Source of the DNA: an uncultured Gammaproteobacteria bacterium
Lineage (GTDB): Bacteria > Patescibacteriota > Microgenomatia > Levybacterales > GWA1-39-11
Assembly (NCBI GenBank): GCA_964409875.1
Contig: CAYPEN010000001.1
Coordinates: 356,275 to 420,274, forward strand
Reading direction: 5' to 3'
Length of the DNA: 64,000 nucleotides
Below the pieces are notes generated by a model that did not search any database, was not told where the DNA came from, and worked only from the letters and a program-made list of their open reading frames with translations. Both the position numbers and the translations under genes were made by a program. Positions 32,852 to 43,337 of this stretch are shown in pieces; the stretch's first letter is position 1, and each line of letters begins with the position of its first letter.

Positions 32852-35332
32852 CTATTGTATCGTTGTTCCACCTTTTATTGTCGTTCCTCCTCTAATGTTG
32901 ACATCAAGAGGAATGGTTGTTACTTGCGGATAATTCCGATATGCAGCAAGGTCTGAACTATCAGAATTAGTGATTTTGATGCAATAGGTTACTGAAGTTG
33001 AATCATCGGAATTATCAATAAGAGAAAAATCAAAAAGTCCTGCTCGGTTATTGGCAATAGCATTCTGGTCATTTGAGATGTTGTCGTAAGCAAGTACACC
33101 AATATTGGTATCCTCAAAGTAGTTCTCAAGAACGGTAGTGTATGTCGGAGTATCTGCAGGGTCATTTGCCGTAGAGGATATTACATCACCCGATGCAGGA
33201 GTCGCATTAGGATTGAACGATATTGGAGTACCGCCGGAAGGGTCAAGTACCTGAGCATATGTCCCATCTGCGCAATTTCCGCTTGTTGGAAGCGCAGCAT
33301 ATTGAAGAATAAAATCTCCAGCATCCACTCCAAGACTTCCCGTAGCACTATCAACATCAAGAAGCATACGAAGACGGAACGGGTAATTCGGCTGAGCCAG
33401 TGTTATGGGAGAATTTACGGCTGTGGTGCCGCCAAAGATGGTAGTTGGGTTGGCGGCATCAGTATTTTCAAAAAAACGGTAACTGCCCTGTGAAATAGTA
33501 ATTTGGGCATTATAAGCAGCAACGGCTGAGGAACAAGTACCTCCGGCGCCAGACCAAGTGACAATATCACGTTGAGACGTTGGAGGATTATTAACGGCCT
33601 CTCCCCAACCGCTTGTGTAGCTTGCTGCCCCTCCGGAATAGCCATCAGATCCACCATTTATATCCGTATCCGTAAAACCCGTTGATGAAGCACCGGTAAT
33701 TGCATTATGAGAACTGACGGTAAGACTACCATTCGTTGATGCAGCTGCGCTTACTAAAAGTTCATCAGGATTTGTGGGTGTAAGTGTGTTGGAGGTTTCA
33801 GTATGTGCCCCAGTATTACAAGTAGTATTTCTATGAACTGATGATACTTTGTCAAAAAAGCCGCTTGATGAATTCCCTGAGAATTCAAGCAATTGTGCCG
33901 CTATCTCTCCACTATTTGTAGTTGTTGTGCACGCTTGGGACGATATAGGTGCAGCAGGAGCAGTTCTATCAAAAAGATATATATTCGGACTGTTAGCAAT
34001 TCTGAAACGGCGGGTCCAGCTGCCGGGAGTGGAGAACGTATTGCTTGTATCCCTTGAACAGATGAGTACAAGAAGATGGCCGGATGTGGTGGGCGTGCTA
34101 AGCGTTGCTGTTACAGATGTACCTGATGCAGCAGTGTTATGGGCTTCCTGAACAAGAGAGAAAATTGAGTCGGAGGCAATTTGCCACTCCTGCCCCTCAG
34201 AGAATTGCCCAACTTTGAAAGGCCCGACCAGATAAAATTCCGGTGAAATATAGGGGAATTTTATGGTGTAGGAAAGCACGTGAGTTTCGCCCTTTTTCCA
34301 ATCAACTTGCCACTCTAGAGTCTTAATCTTGTTGTAATCGGCTATATCTCCGTGCTCCGAAATATCAAATATTTGAAAATTTGATGGAACGGTGTCATAG
34401 ACTGTTCCCGCAAAATCCCTATTCGCAGTTACTTTGATTTTCACCGGATAGTTGAAGCGTGGATAGATACGCATCGGATATTGAACCCTTTCTATAGTAT
34501 ATGGGGCAAAATCTCTGACCGTAAAAAATGAATCCATTTCATTGCTTCCTAAATAATTTTGCGCTTTTATATGCATCGTGTAACGACCGGTTTCCAAAGC
34601 CTTCGTTTGGGCAGTAAAGTCCGGGATATTGGTAAATGAGCGGTCTGCACACGTCTTACTTCCTGATATTGTGCCATTATCAGTCGAGAATTCTTCGGTT
34701 TTGCCGGTAGGGCTTGTTATGGTGAGCCAGAGTTTTGCCGTACCGAAAACAATTTTTCCCTCTTTTGCAATGCATTTCGTGATACCAAAATCATCGAGAA
34801 CCGCCATGCCGATATTTACCTCATCTCCCTTCATGTAAAACCCCTTATTGGTGTTGATAGCCAAAACTCCCCAGGTAAAATCCTGCGTTACTGTAATGTC
34901 TTCACCTGTATATGTTTTTACTTTTACGTCTAACATGTAAAGACCGGGCTTGAACCTGTTTTCTGTCTTTGGGGTAACGATAAGCTGCTTGTCGCGGTCG
35001 TTAAATTGGGTGTCTACTTTGAGTGAGATATCTCCTTTAGCGTTAGTAACACTTCCTTTGACCATTTTTTCGCGTTCTGCTGCATGCGCAGTCCACATGT
35101 TTTTAAATTTTTCTTCTGTCAATTTGAAAGCAAACTGCGGCAATGTATTTGCCTGGACAGCAATAGGTTTGTCATTTTGGTTTTGTCCTACAACAAAAAG
35201 CTGCCGCTGTTGTTGAATAGGAGACGGAGTGACTGATTCAGGTGCTTTTAAATAGACAATTACGAAAAAAACAAGAAGTCCAAGTGGTAAAAGTAACGAA
35301 GCAAACAATAGAAAAAGCCTTTTTAGGTTCAT
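32852..35332 (-). CDS. Membrane-anchored extracellular multi-domain (Ig-like) protein, paralog 2
   Basis: 826-aa ORF with N-terminal TM helix, QDFTWGVLAINTNK and WQIASD motifs; alignable over its full length with 35372-37813. Confidence 0.85.
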   Translation of the reverse strand: MNLKRLFLLFASLLLPLGLLVFFVIVYLKAPESVTPSPIQQQRQLFVVGQNQNDKPIAVQANTLPQFAFKLTEEKFKNMWTAHAAEREKMVKGSVTNAKGDISLKVDTQFNDRDKQLIVTPKTENRFKPGLYMLDVKVKTYTGEDITVTQDFTWGVLAINTNKGFYMKGDEVNIGMAVLDDFGITKCIAKEGKIVFGTAKLWLTITSPTGKTEEFSTDNGTISGSKTCADRSFTNIPDFTAQTKALETGRYTMHIKAQNYLGSNEMDSFFTVRDFAPYTIERVQYPMRIYPRFNYPVKIKVTANRDFAGTVYDTVPSNFQIFDISEHGDIADYNKIKTLEWQVDWKKGETHVLSYTIKFPYISPEFYLVGPFKVGQFSEGQEWQIASDSIFSLVQEAHNTAASGTSVTATLSTPTTSGHLLVLICSRDTSNTFSTPGSWTRRFRIANSPNIYLFDRTAPAAPISSQACTTTTNSGEIAAQLLEFSGNSSSGFFDKVSSVHRNTTCNTGAHTETSNTLTPTNPDELLVSAAASTNGSLTVSSHNAITGASSTGFTDTDINGGSDGYSGGAASYTSGWGEAVNNPPTSQRDIVTWSGAGGTCSSAVAAYNAQITISQGSYRFFENTDAANPTTIFGGTTAVNSPITLAQPNYPFRLRMLLDVDSATGSLGVDAGDFILQYAALPTSGNCADGTYAQVLDPSGGTPISFNPNATPASGDVISSTANDPADTPTYTTVLENYFEDTNIGVLAYDNISNDQNAIANNRAGLFDFSLIDNSDDSTSVTYCIKITNSDSSDLAAYRNYPQVTTIPLDVNIRGGTTIKGGTTIQ

Positions 35333-35371
35333 TTAAATGATTGAATTCAATTTTATTATAGCAAATGAAAA

Positions 35372-37813
35372 TTACTGAATCGTTGTTCCTCCGGTAATTG
35401 TTGTTCCTCCTTTGATATTTACATCCAACGGAATGGTCGTTACTTTCGGATAATTTCTATATGCATCTAGTAGTGACTGGTCTCCATTTGCTACAACCAG
35501 GCAATACGTAGTTGAAACAGAATCGTCGGTGTTATCAATAAGAGAAAAATCAAAAAGTCCGGCCTGGTTATTGCCCATCGTCAAGTTGTGGTTTGTAATA
35601 TCCTCGCTTCCGTCAGAAAGCCACGTCTCCGCATAATCTTCAAGTCTTGTTGTGTAGCCGGTATCGGTAGGATCGTTTGCAGTCGCTCCAATAATAGCAT
35701 TATTCCCACCGGAATTTGGATTGGGGTTGTATGCAATCGGGGTTCCATCAGCTTGGGTTCCAACAGGGTTATAGGTTCCGTCCGCACAGTCCCCGGAAGA
35801 TGGAAGTGGTGCATACATCAATATCCAGTCACCGCTATCTACATCCACTATTGTGCCTGAGGGACTGTCAACATCAAGCAGTATCCTGAGCCTGAAAGCA
35901 TACCCGGGTTGGCTAAGAGTAATTGGACTATTTTCTGTTGCGGTTCCTCCAAAAACGGTAATGGGGTCTACCGCATCGGTGTTTTCGAAAAACTGATAGC
36001 TCCCTTGTGAGACCGTGACCGTTGGGTTGAAAGAAACAATGATATTTGCACACGTTCCGCCCGACGCGTTGTAGGTTGCGGTATCATGGGTTGATACTGG
36101 TGGATTATTAACCTGTTCTGACCATGAACTGTCAAAAGTTCCTGTTGAGCCGTTAAAGCTGGCTGCGGTATCAGCGTAATCACTCAGATGGCTTCCGACA
36201 CTCGTTGTACCTGTTGCCGCAAAGGCCGCAACAACCAGTTCGTCAGGATTAGCTGGTGTTATATTGGATGTTGCACTCTGATGGGCGCCAGTACTGCAAG
36301 AAAAAGCATTTCGTCTGGCACGCCTATCTCTCACGCTACTGGTCGAGTTGCCTGAAAACTCGAGTATTTGAATTCCCAATGTGCCTGAGCTTCCCGAGCA
36401 GGTGACCGTAGCTGACATTCCTGTCGGAACCACACGGTAAAACATATAGGCTCTCGGGTTGCTCGTTGAGTTATTGTATGCGAGGGTAAATCCTGACGGG
36501 GTGTTAAATGTTGCACTGTTGGTTCTATAACACATAACAAGAACAAGATTTCTTTGTGTAGGAGCTGAAGGCAGCGTTGCACTTACAGAAGTACCGCTTC
36601 CATTATTGTGGGTTTCCTGGACAAGCTGAAATATGGAGTCAGATGCAATTTTCCACTCTCTTTTTTCTGTGAATGTACCAATTGTAAAAGGTCCAACTAG
36701 ATAAAATTCGGGAGCGACTTGGGGAAAATGTATAGTGTATGAGAAGTGATAAGTCTTACCCTTTTTAAGCGTTGTTTCCCACCCGACTGCTTGATAATCA
36801 GTTGTGTTTTCTGTCACGCCACCGTTTGAAATGTGAGTAATTTTGAAATTTTTAGGTACAATATCATGAATATAGCCTGAAAAGTCCTCATTTGATTTAA
36901 TAGTAACAGTAACCGGGTAATCTACTTTTGGATAAATTCTTGTAGGAAATTTTGTCCGCTCTATCTCAAATTTTGGTTCATTTTGTTCTACAACAAATGA
37001 TGTTTGTATGCTTCTCTTGCCCAGATAATGTTCTGCGTCCATTTGAATTTGGTATGTTCCGACCTCATTTGCAGTAATTCTACTCAAAAAATCAGCTTTA
37101 TTAGTAACACTTCTGTCTTTACAGTCTCCGCTTCCCCATATAGACCCATCCTCAGTAGACAGTTTTGTAACTTTACCTGTAGGACTTGTTATTGTCAGCC
37201 ACACTTTGGCGGTATTTAATTGAATGTCACCTGTTGCAATGCATTTTGTCCTTCCATAATCGCCCAAAACAGCCATGCCAATATTTACATCCTCGCCTAC
37301 TCTATATAGTGCCTTATTAGTATTTATTGCCAAAACACCCCATGTGAAGTCTTGCGTTATCTCTTCAGCTACCCCTGTTGCAGTTTTTACTTTAACACTC
37401 AATGTATAGAGCCCTGGTTTAACCTTGTTATCGTATTCGGGAGCTACGAGTACCTCTTTTTTTGTGTCTGAAAAACTTATATTTACATCAAGTTCTGAGT
37501 TCCCGGTCGCATGAGCAAAGCTGGCCTCTACAAGTTTTGTTCGCTCTATACCACTCGCCCGCCAAACATTATCGAATTTATTGTTTGACAGAGATACAGC
37601 AAACTTCGGAAGAGTTGATGCTCTTACTGTGATGGGAGTTTCTGAAGTTCTTTTAGATATTGGGATTACTCGTTCTCTTAGAGGTTTCAGAGAAGCATAA
37701 TTATGGGTATTCTTTGTTGTTTTAGACGGTTTACTTTTGGACTGAGAAAGTACAATCAATATTGAAAAGCAGAGAGCTAAAACTAGGAAAGAAATTACAA
37801 AACTTCGGAGCAT
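35372..37813 (-). CDS. Membrane-anchored extracellular multi-domain (Ig-like) protein, paralog 1
   Basis: Start taken as ATG 37813 (MLRSFVISF..., TM helix), 9 nt below TGcTATACT; same motifs and C-terminus as its neighbour. Confidence 0.85.
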   Translation of the reverse strand: MLRSFVISFLVLALCFSILIVLSQSKSKPSKTTKNTHNYASLKPLRERVIPISKRTSETPITVRASTLPKFAVSLSNNKFDNVWRASGIERTKLVEASFAHATGNSELDVNISFSDTKKEVLVAPEYDNKVKPGLYTLSVKVKTATGVAEEITQDFTWGVLAINTNKALYRVGEDVNIGMAVLGDYGRTKCIATGDIQLNTAKVWLTITSPTGKVTKLSTEDGSIWGSGDCKDRSVTNKADFLSRITANEVGTYQIQMDAEHYLGKRSIQTSFVVEQNEPKFEIERTKFPTRIYPKVDYPVTVTIKSNEDFSGYIHDIVPKNFKITHISNGGVTENTTDYQAVGWETTLKKGKTYHFSYTIHFPQVAPEFYLVGPFTIGTFTEKREWKIASDSIFQLVQETHNNGSGTSVSATLPSAPTQRNLVLVMCYRTNSATFNTPSGFTLAYNNSTSNPRAYMFYRVVPTGMSATVTCSGSSGTLGIQILEFSGNSTSSVRDRRARRNAFSCSTGAHQSATSNITPANPDELVVAAFAATGTTSVGSHLSDYADTAASFNGSTGTFDSSWSEQVNNPPVSTHDTATYNASGGTCANIIVSFNPTVTVSQGSYQFFENTDAVDPITVFGGTATENSPITLSQPGYAFRLRILLDVDSPSGTIVDVDSGDWILMYAPLPSSGDCADGTYNPVGTQADGTPIAYNPNPNSGGNNAIIGATANDPTDTGYTTRLEDYAETWLSDGSEDITNHNLTMGNNQAGLFDFSLIDNTDDSVSTTYCLVVANGDQSLLDAYRNYPKVTTIPLDVNIKGGTTITGGTTIQ

Positions 37814-37844
37814 CTCTCTAAAAGTATAGCACAATTAACCTAAG

Positions 37845-40148
37845 CTATTGCTTGGGAGCGGCTGTAGGAGTCGTATTGAGAGCTGGCAAATTAGCATTTG
37901 GATTCTTCTTTACTGCAGCGGGAGTTGCAGGGGTTGGAGGATTATTGAGTCCATTGACTCCTACGTTCTGAAGATTTTCGCCTTGCAGGCCAGTATTATT
38001 TTGTCCGGCTGGTGCGGTTTGGGTGTTCTTTGAAGCCTCTGCTGCTTTGTCTGTCAATTCTTTCAAAAGAGTTTGAGCAACTTTGTAATCATTGCTGTTA
38101 GGATTGTTCTTTGCAAGGATATTTACAACCTGCTCAGCTACAGTCTTGGCGTTTTGGACATCTCCCTTGTCGCGGAGTGCAATTGCCAGGTTAAAGTAAG
38201 CATTCGCATGGTTTGGTTTCAGGTTCGCCGCATCTGTAAAGAAGCGGATTGCCAAGTCATAATTCTTTGCTGCATAATACACTCCTCCAACATTAAGTCT
38301 AAGCTCAGGATTTAATGGATCCCTCTGGATTGCTCGGCCGTAAGCGTCGAGTGAGAATGCAAGTGCGTTTTGTGCAACCCCCGAGATATTTCTGTAGATT
38401 GATGCGAGAACTACCCAATTTCGTGACGAGAGAGGGCTAAGCGCTACAGCGATTCTTCCTTCGTTGATTGCCTGTGAAAGGAGTGTCTGGATTGTTCTTC
38501 TGTCCTGATCAGTAAGAGTACCTTTAGGGTTATCTTTTGTAGGACCTTTCTGGATAGCAAGCGCATTTGCGAGTGCGAAATTAGTTTGTGCAATATCTAC
38601 CCTATACAAGTCGATTACAGGATTGAGTGATTCAGCTTTTTGCAGGTTGGTATAAGTTTGAGTTCCACTCTTTGCGGCAACAGTCAAAGCCTGTCTGTGA
38701 TAATAATCAGCAAGGACAGCATTGTACGTAGTGTAAAGGACAGGAACAGCTACAATAAGAAATACTACGAAGAATATGATGGGAAGAAGGTCAAATTGCC
38801 TGTCATCAACTGTTGATGCTTTCAGTCCCATTGAGAAGTGCATGACTTTTTCCCTGATTGACTTCTGAGCAACCATTAGCGCGGCAAATACTATTATTGT
38901 CGCAACGAAAGATACAAGTGTCGATGCATGAATTGCAAGAAGAACAATGGTTGTGATTCCGCTAACAGCAAGTGCGGGAACAATTACTGTCGTATTATCA
39001 TGCTGTACTTCCGCCGCTCTCATGGAGAGATTTCTCCATGAATTTATGAACACAATAAGGCAGACAAGCGCGAGTGAAAGAAGTCCGAGTATTCCGATAG
39101 TTCCAAGTGTCTGAAGATATTCGTTGTACGCCGTATCGAAAGTGAAGTTCCAATAATCGAGAAGATTGAATTCAAGCGGCTTATAATTTGTGAAGTTGAA
39201 TAAATAGGTTGACGGTCCTGTGCCGATGAAAGGAGCATCTCTGAAAGTTGATGCAGAAATCTTCCATGAAACTGAGAAGGGAAGCTGTATTTCATGAGGG
39301 AATTTAGAAGCCAATTCCTGTACTTTATTGCCGGGAAATGGAAGATACACAAGAACTAATGCAAGAGCTACTACCGCAACTGGAGTTAGAAACATAGGCA
39401 AACCCTTTTTGAATTTCGCTACTTTATGAGGTTTTGTCACAAAGAAACATAAAGCAAATACAATGGCAAGCGCAATGTAGGCTGGTACAGACCCAATAAG
39501 CGCAACCGTTACACCGAAAAGAATCGAAAGTGCTAACGCAACAGGAGCCGGCATGTATTTATTCACACTAACAATAGAAAGCAAGGGAAGAGGAAGCAGC
39601 AATGTGAGAAGTGCTACAGTTGAGAAAGATGAACCTGTTGGAGTGAAGTTAACCGCTTTTGCAAAAGAAAATGGAAGATAAATATTAAAGAACGAAAGTA
39701 TTGAAATAAGAGCAACAACAGCTGCGCTTCCATATAATACATACAGCAAAGTCTTTAATTTGGTAAAGTTTTTGAGGTTGGATACGGCAACAAAATACAA
39801 CAAAATATATGTCACCCATGCCACGGCCGAACCGTGAACCCGTGGGAAATTGCCATATATTGATTGGAACCTCGATTGACTGAAGTAGGTAGATGCAATA
39901 ACAATACCTAGCAATATTAATAAAGGAATATCTAGGGGAGTTCTAGTTATCTGGACTTTCCCTTTCACAATCCATGAAAAAATCCAAAGTCCGACGAGAA
40001 GAACAGTTGCCACAACAAGAAAAATGAGCTTAGGCATTTCGAAAAACTCGGTGGTTTGATTGAGAAAAAGAAGAGGTGTTACACCTACTACGGCAAGTAG
40101 TAAAAATGAGATGGCATTATCAACAATAACTCCTAATTGACCTTTCAT
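37845..40148 (-). CDS. O-antigen ligase (Wzy_C)-family polytopic membrane protein with C-terminal TPR repeats
   Basis: About 12 TM segments; W...PFIGTGPSTY and AYNEYLQTLGTIGILG motifs (the usual His of AHN is Tyr here); TPR-like AIQRDPLNPELRLNVGGVYY...LKPNHANAYFNLA. Confidence 0.8.
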   Translation of the reverse strand: MKGQLGVIVDNAISFLLLAVVGVTPLLFLNQTTEFFEMPKLIFLVVATVLLVGLWIFSWIVKGKVQITRTPLDIPLLILLGIVIASTYFSQSRFQSIYGNFPRVHGSAVAWVTYILLYFVAVSNLKNFTKLKTLLYVLYGSAAVVALISILSFFNIYLPFSFAKAVNFTPTGSSFSTVALLTLLLPLPLLSIVSVNKYMPAPVALALSILFGVTVALIGSVPAYIALAIVFALCFFVTKPHKVAKFKKGLPMFLTPVAVVALALVLVYLPFPGNKVQELASKFPHEIQLPFSVSWKISASTFRDAPFIGTGPSTYLFNFTNYKPLEFNLLDYWNFTFDTAYNEYLQTLGTIGILGLLSLALVCLIVFINSWRNLSMRAAEVQHDNTTVIVPALAVSGITTIVLLAIHASTLVSFVATIIVFAALMVAQKSIREKVMHFSMGLKASTVDDRQFDLLPIIFFVVFLIVAVPVLYTTYNAVLADYYHRQALTVAAKSGTQTYTNLQKAESLNPVIDLYRVDIAQTNFALANALAIQKGPTKDNPKGTLTDQDRRTIQTLLSQAINEGRIAVALSPLSSRNWVVLASIYRNISGVAQNALAFSLDAYGRAIQRDPLNPELRLNVGGVYYAAKNYDLAIRFFTDAANLKPNHANAYFNLAIALRDKGDVQNAKTVAEQVVNILAKNNPNSNDYKVAQTLLKELTDKAAEASKNTQTAPAGQNNTGLQGENLQNVGVNGLNNPPTPATPAAVKKNPNANLPALNTTPTAAPKQ

Positions 40149-40319
40149 ACTAAATTAAATAATTCGTTCCTAAAGTTAAGGATTAAAATCGGGTTACTAA
40201 CTATATAATCATAAAAGATTTTTCGCGTCAAGTGGCAATTTTGGATTGCAAATACAATCTATTCGAGTGTTAGTTACTTTTCGGATAGTACTGTTTTTTT
40301 ACGGAGTTTTACTCTTTTT

Positions 40320-42266
40320 TTATGAAAGCGTGGCGCCAAATTTCTTTGTCAATACTTTGAGTAACTTTTCCCTTATGGGGGTAACGGCCTCATTTGTAAG
40401 ATTTCCTTTCGGGTCAAGATAGGTTATTCGGAAAGTCTTTTTGTTGTGATACACATCTAAAAGGTCAACTGAGGAGATGAGAACATCAACCTCAAGCAAG
40501 GCTTTCTGTACGTCAAAGTATGTATATTGGGGTGAAATCTCAGCACGAATATCTTCGATAACGGGAGGAAACTTTGGAGGTTGCTTGTAGGTTTTTTGAG
40601 ATGAGGCATGGGAGAGTATTGCTGAAAGGTCTATTTCAAAAGTAACCATATCCAACACTTCGATGTGTCCGATGGTTTTCTTCCCGAGCTGTATGGTTGC
40701 CCCACACAGAGCATCATCACTCTTTTCGAAAGTATAATTTCTTATTCCCAGAATTTGGAACACCCTCTCTACAATCCCCTTCGCATGCTCAAACGTTGCG
40801 CGCTCCCCTTTTATAAGTGCTGCAAGTGTTAATACTTCATCAGGAAGTGACTGCGTTTTCCTATAAACGTTTGAAATTTCGAAAAGCAGTAAGTCAGCCC
40901 TGTTTTTGTTATTTAGCGCGACCTCTATTATACTAGGTGTAAGTGTTTTTCTTAAATACACCCTATCTTCAGTCAGAGGATTTCTCAGTTTTATAGCGTC
41001 TTCAATTGGCCCGTCGAATTGTTCTTCCGAAACCATAGAATAAGTGTAAACTTCATTGAACCCCCAAAAACAAAAAGCATCCTTCAAGCGCTTTATCCAA
41101 TTGTACTCGCTTGTATCCTGATGGTAGTAATTCTGCTCGGTTAACGGAGGAAGAATGTTCGGAATTTTGTGGTACCCATATGTGCGAGCGATTTCTTCAA
41201 TAATATCTTCTTGAATTGCTATGTCGTTAGAGCGTACAGTTGGTACAGTAACGTTAAACATATTCTCCTTTTGTTGTACGCTAAAGCCGAGATTTTCAAG
41301 AATCTGGATAATCGTAGTATCGGGCAGCAATACACCGATAAGCGCTGATATTTTCTCTTTCGGTACAACTATCTGCTTTACTTTTGGCTTGTTGGGATAG
41401 ATGTCAATTATCGGGGAAATGACCTTGCCACTTGCATTCTTTTTCAGAAGGTCAATCCCTCGCAAGAGGGTTGGAAGCATAAGTTCCGGGTCTATCCCTT
41501 TTTCGTTAATTATTGCCGCCTCACTTCTGATACCTAAATTCATTGAAGTTTTCCGTAAAAGTTGTGGATTGTTGTTGTCAAGGAACAATACAATTCTTTT
41601 TGTGTCATCCGTTACCACACTATTAGAAGCCCCCATTATTCCTAGCAGGTCAACAATCTCCCCTTTTCCGTTGTCGGCTACAATATCTTCCCCCGGAAGA
41701 ACATGCACTTTACCATCAAGAGTCTTAAGCATTTCACCTTTTTTGGACTTGCGTATGATAAGTGAGTGGTCCTGCAGCCTATCGTAATCAAACACATGAG
41801 ACGGATGTCCGACTTCACGCATTATGTAGTTGGTGACGTCAATTACATTGTTCAGGCTTCTAATTCCTGTTTTTTCCAGTCTTTCAGTTATTATTTTGGG
41901 AGACGGTCCAAGATTTACTTCAAGAACAACAGCCAAAATTCTGTTTACCAGAGAGTTATCGTTTTCAATGCGGAGAATTGGGTCTTCTTTGACGGTTTTT
42001 ATTGAAATATTGGTTGTATGGGGCAAAAAAGTAGCTTCATATCCCTGCTGTGGAAGCACTGCTGTTGCTTCACGCGCTATTCCCTCAACACTCATAAGCT
42101 CCGGTCTATTGGTCGTTACCTCAATGTCATACACGATATCACCATTAACTTCACTCATCCGCTCAATTGAAACTGATGCAAGACTCATGGCTTTTGCAAA
42201 TTGCCTTGGCGTTGCGTTGGTTTTTAAAAATTCCCTTAGCCAGCTGTCGGGTATTAAAATATTCAT
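40320..42266 (-). CDS. pheT: Phenylalanine-tRNA ligase beta subunit (short form, apparently lacking B2 domain)
   Basis: IEVTTNRPELMSVEGIARE, NNVIDVTNY...GHPSHVFD, DIIEEIARTYGY motifs; follows pheS. Confidence 0.95.
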   Translation of the reverse strand: MNILIPDSWLREFLKTNATPRQFAKAMSLASVSIERMSEVNGDIVYDIEVTTNRPELMSVEGIAREATAVLPQQGYEATFLPHTTNISIKTVKEDPILRIENDNSLVNRILAVVLEVNLGPSPKIITERLEKTGIRSLNNVIDVTNYIMREVGHPSHVFDYDRLQDHSLIIRKSKKGEMLKTLDGKVHVLPGEDIVADNGKGEIVDLLGIMGASNSVVTDDTKRIVLFLDNNNPQLLRKTSMNLGIRSEAAIINEKGIDPELMLPTLLRGIDLLKKNASGKVISPIIDIYPNKPKVKQIVVPKEKISALIGVLLPDTTIIQILENLGFSVQQKENMFNVTVPTVRSNDIAIQEDIIEEIARTYGYHKIPNILPPLTEQNYYHQDTSEYNWIKRLKDAFCFWGFNEVYTYSMVSEEQFDGPIEDAIKLRNPLTEDRVYLRKTLTPSIIEVALNNKNRADLLLFEISNVYRKTQSLPDEVLTLAALIKGERATFEHAKGIVERVFQILGIRNYTFEKSDDALCGATIQLGKKTIGHIEVLDMVTFEIDLSAILSHASSQKTYKQPPKFPPVIEDIRAEISPQYTYFDVQKALLEVDVLISSVDLLDVYHNKKTFRITYLDPKGNLTNEAVTPIREKLLKVLTKKFGATLS

Positions 42267-42272
42267 TGTAAT

Positions 42273-43337
42273 TTAAAATTGAGTTAAAAAGTCTAAATCA
42301 TTTGTGTACAACGTCCGCAAATCGTCTATCTTCAGGCCCGCTTTCATCAGAAGAACCCGCTCTACTCCCCAACCGAACGCAAAACCCGTGTATTTTGAGG
42401 TGTCAATGTTTCCTGCTTTCAATACATTTGGGTGCACCATGCCGCTCCCTCCCATTTCCAACCACCCTTCTTTGCAGAGTCTGCACCCTTTTCCGTTGCA
42501 TATTCCGCAGGTAATATCTATTTCAAAAGAAGGCTCGGTAAATTGAAAGTGGTAAGGACGAATCCTAAATTCCCTGTCTTCTCCGAAGTAAGACTTCACA
42601 AAATACTCAAGAACGCCTTTCAAGTGAGATATATTTATGCCTTTTGCTACCACCAATCCTTCAAATTGATGAAACATTTGGGTGTGTGACACGTCGGATT
42701 GTCTTCTGTAGCATTTTGCAATATTGAGCATTTTTATTGGCAATTTGCCTTTCTCCATTTCCCGCACCTGACCTGATGAGGTGTGGGGTGTAAGAACAAT
42801 GGGTCCTTTTTTTGGGTCATTTTGGAGCTCAACAAAAAAGGTTTCCCAATCGTCTCTTGCTGGGTGATTTTCGGGGAAATTCAGTGCCCCAAAGGCATAC
42901 CAGTCGTATTCGACCTCTGGGTATCTTACCTTTGTAAATCCAATTTTTTCAAAAATTGAGGTAATCTCTTCGATAGCCTGTGTTACGAGGTGAAGTGATC
43001 CCATAGGTGGCTTAATCCCGGGTATAGTAACATCTATATTTTCAGGAACATAATTATTTCTTTTATGTTCAACTCTTTTGTCTTTTGACTTTTGTCTGGT
43101 GCCTTTTAGTTCCCGTCTTTTATCCTCAATTTGCTCCTCCAAAATATCTTTTATTTCATTAGCAAGACGCCCTATTTCAGAGCGTTTTTCAGAAGGAAGT
43201 GAAGGAAGCTCCTTCATAGCCTTTGTGAGTCTTCCTTTTTTTCCCAAAAATTCCAGGAATATCCGCTCTACATCAGGGTCTTCCTCTAGCAGACGCGACA
43301 TTGCGTCGTTTTTTATTTGAATGAGTGTTTCTTCCAT
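42273..43337 (-). CDS. pheS: Phenylalanine-tRNA ligase alpha subunit
   Basis: HPARDDWETFF, PHTSSGQ, SHTQMFHQFEG, FQFTEPSFE, GFAFGWGVER motifs; start at 43337 (43349 possible). Confidence 0.97.
   Translation of the reverse strand: MEETLIQIKNDAMSRLLEEDPDVERIFLEFLGKKGRLTKAMKELPSLPSEKRSEIGRLANEIKDILEEQIEDKRRELKGTRQKSKDKRVEHKRNNYVPENIDVTIPGIKPPMGSLHLVTQAIEEITSIFEKIGFTKVRYPEVEYDWYAFGALNFPENHPARDDWETFFVELQNDPKKGPIVLTPHTSSGQVREMEKGKLPIKMLNIAKCYRRQSDVSHTQMFHQFEGLVVAKGINISHLKGVLEYFVKSYFGEDREFRIRPYHFQFTEPSFEIDITCGICNGKGCRLCKEGWLEMGGSGMVHPNVLKAGNIDTSKYTGFAFGWGVERVLLMKAGLKIDDLRTLYTNDLDFLTQF

Noticed and set aside
32852-37813. Diversity-generating retroelement template/variable repeat between the paralog 3' ends
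   Set aside because: Differences are mostly synonymous and not adenine-specific, both copies are coding, and there is no reverse transcriptase in the window.
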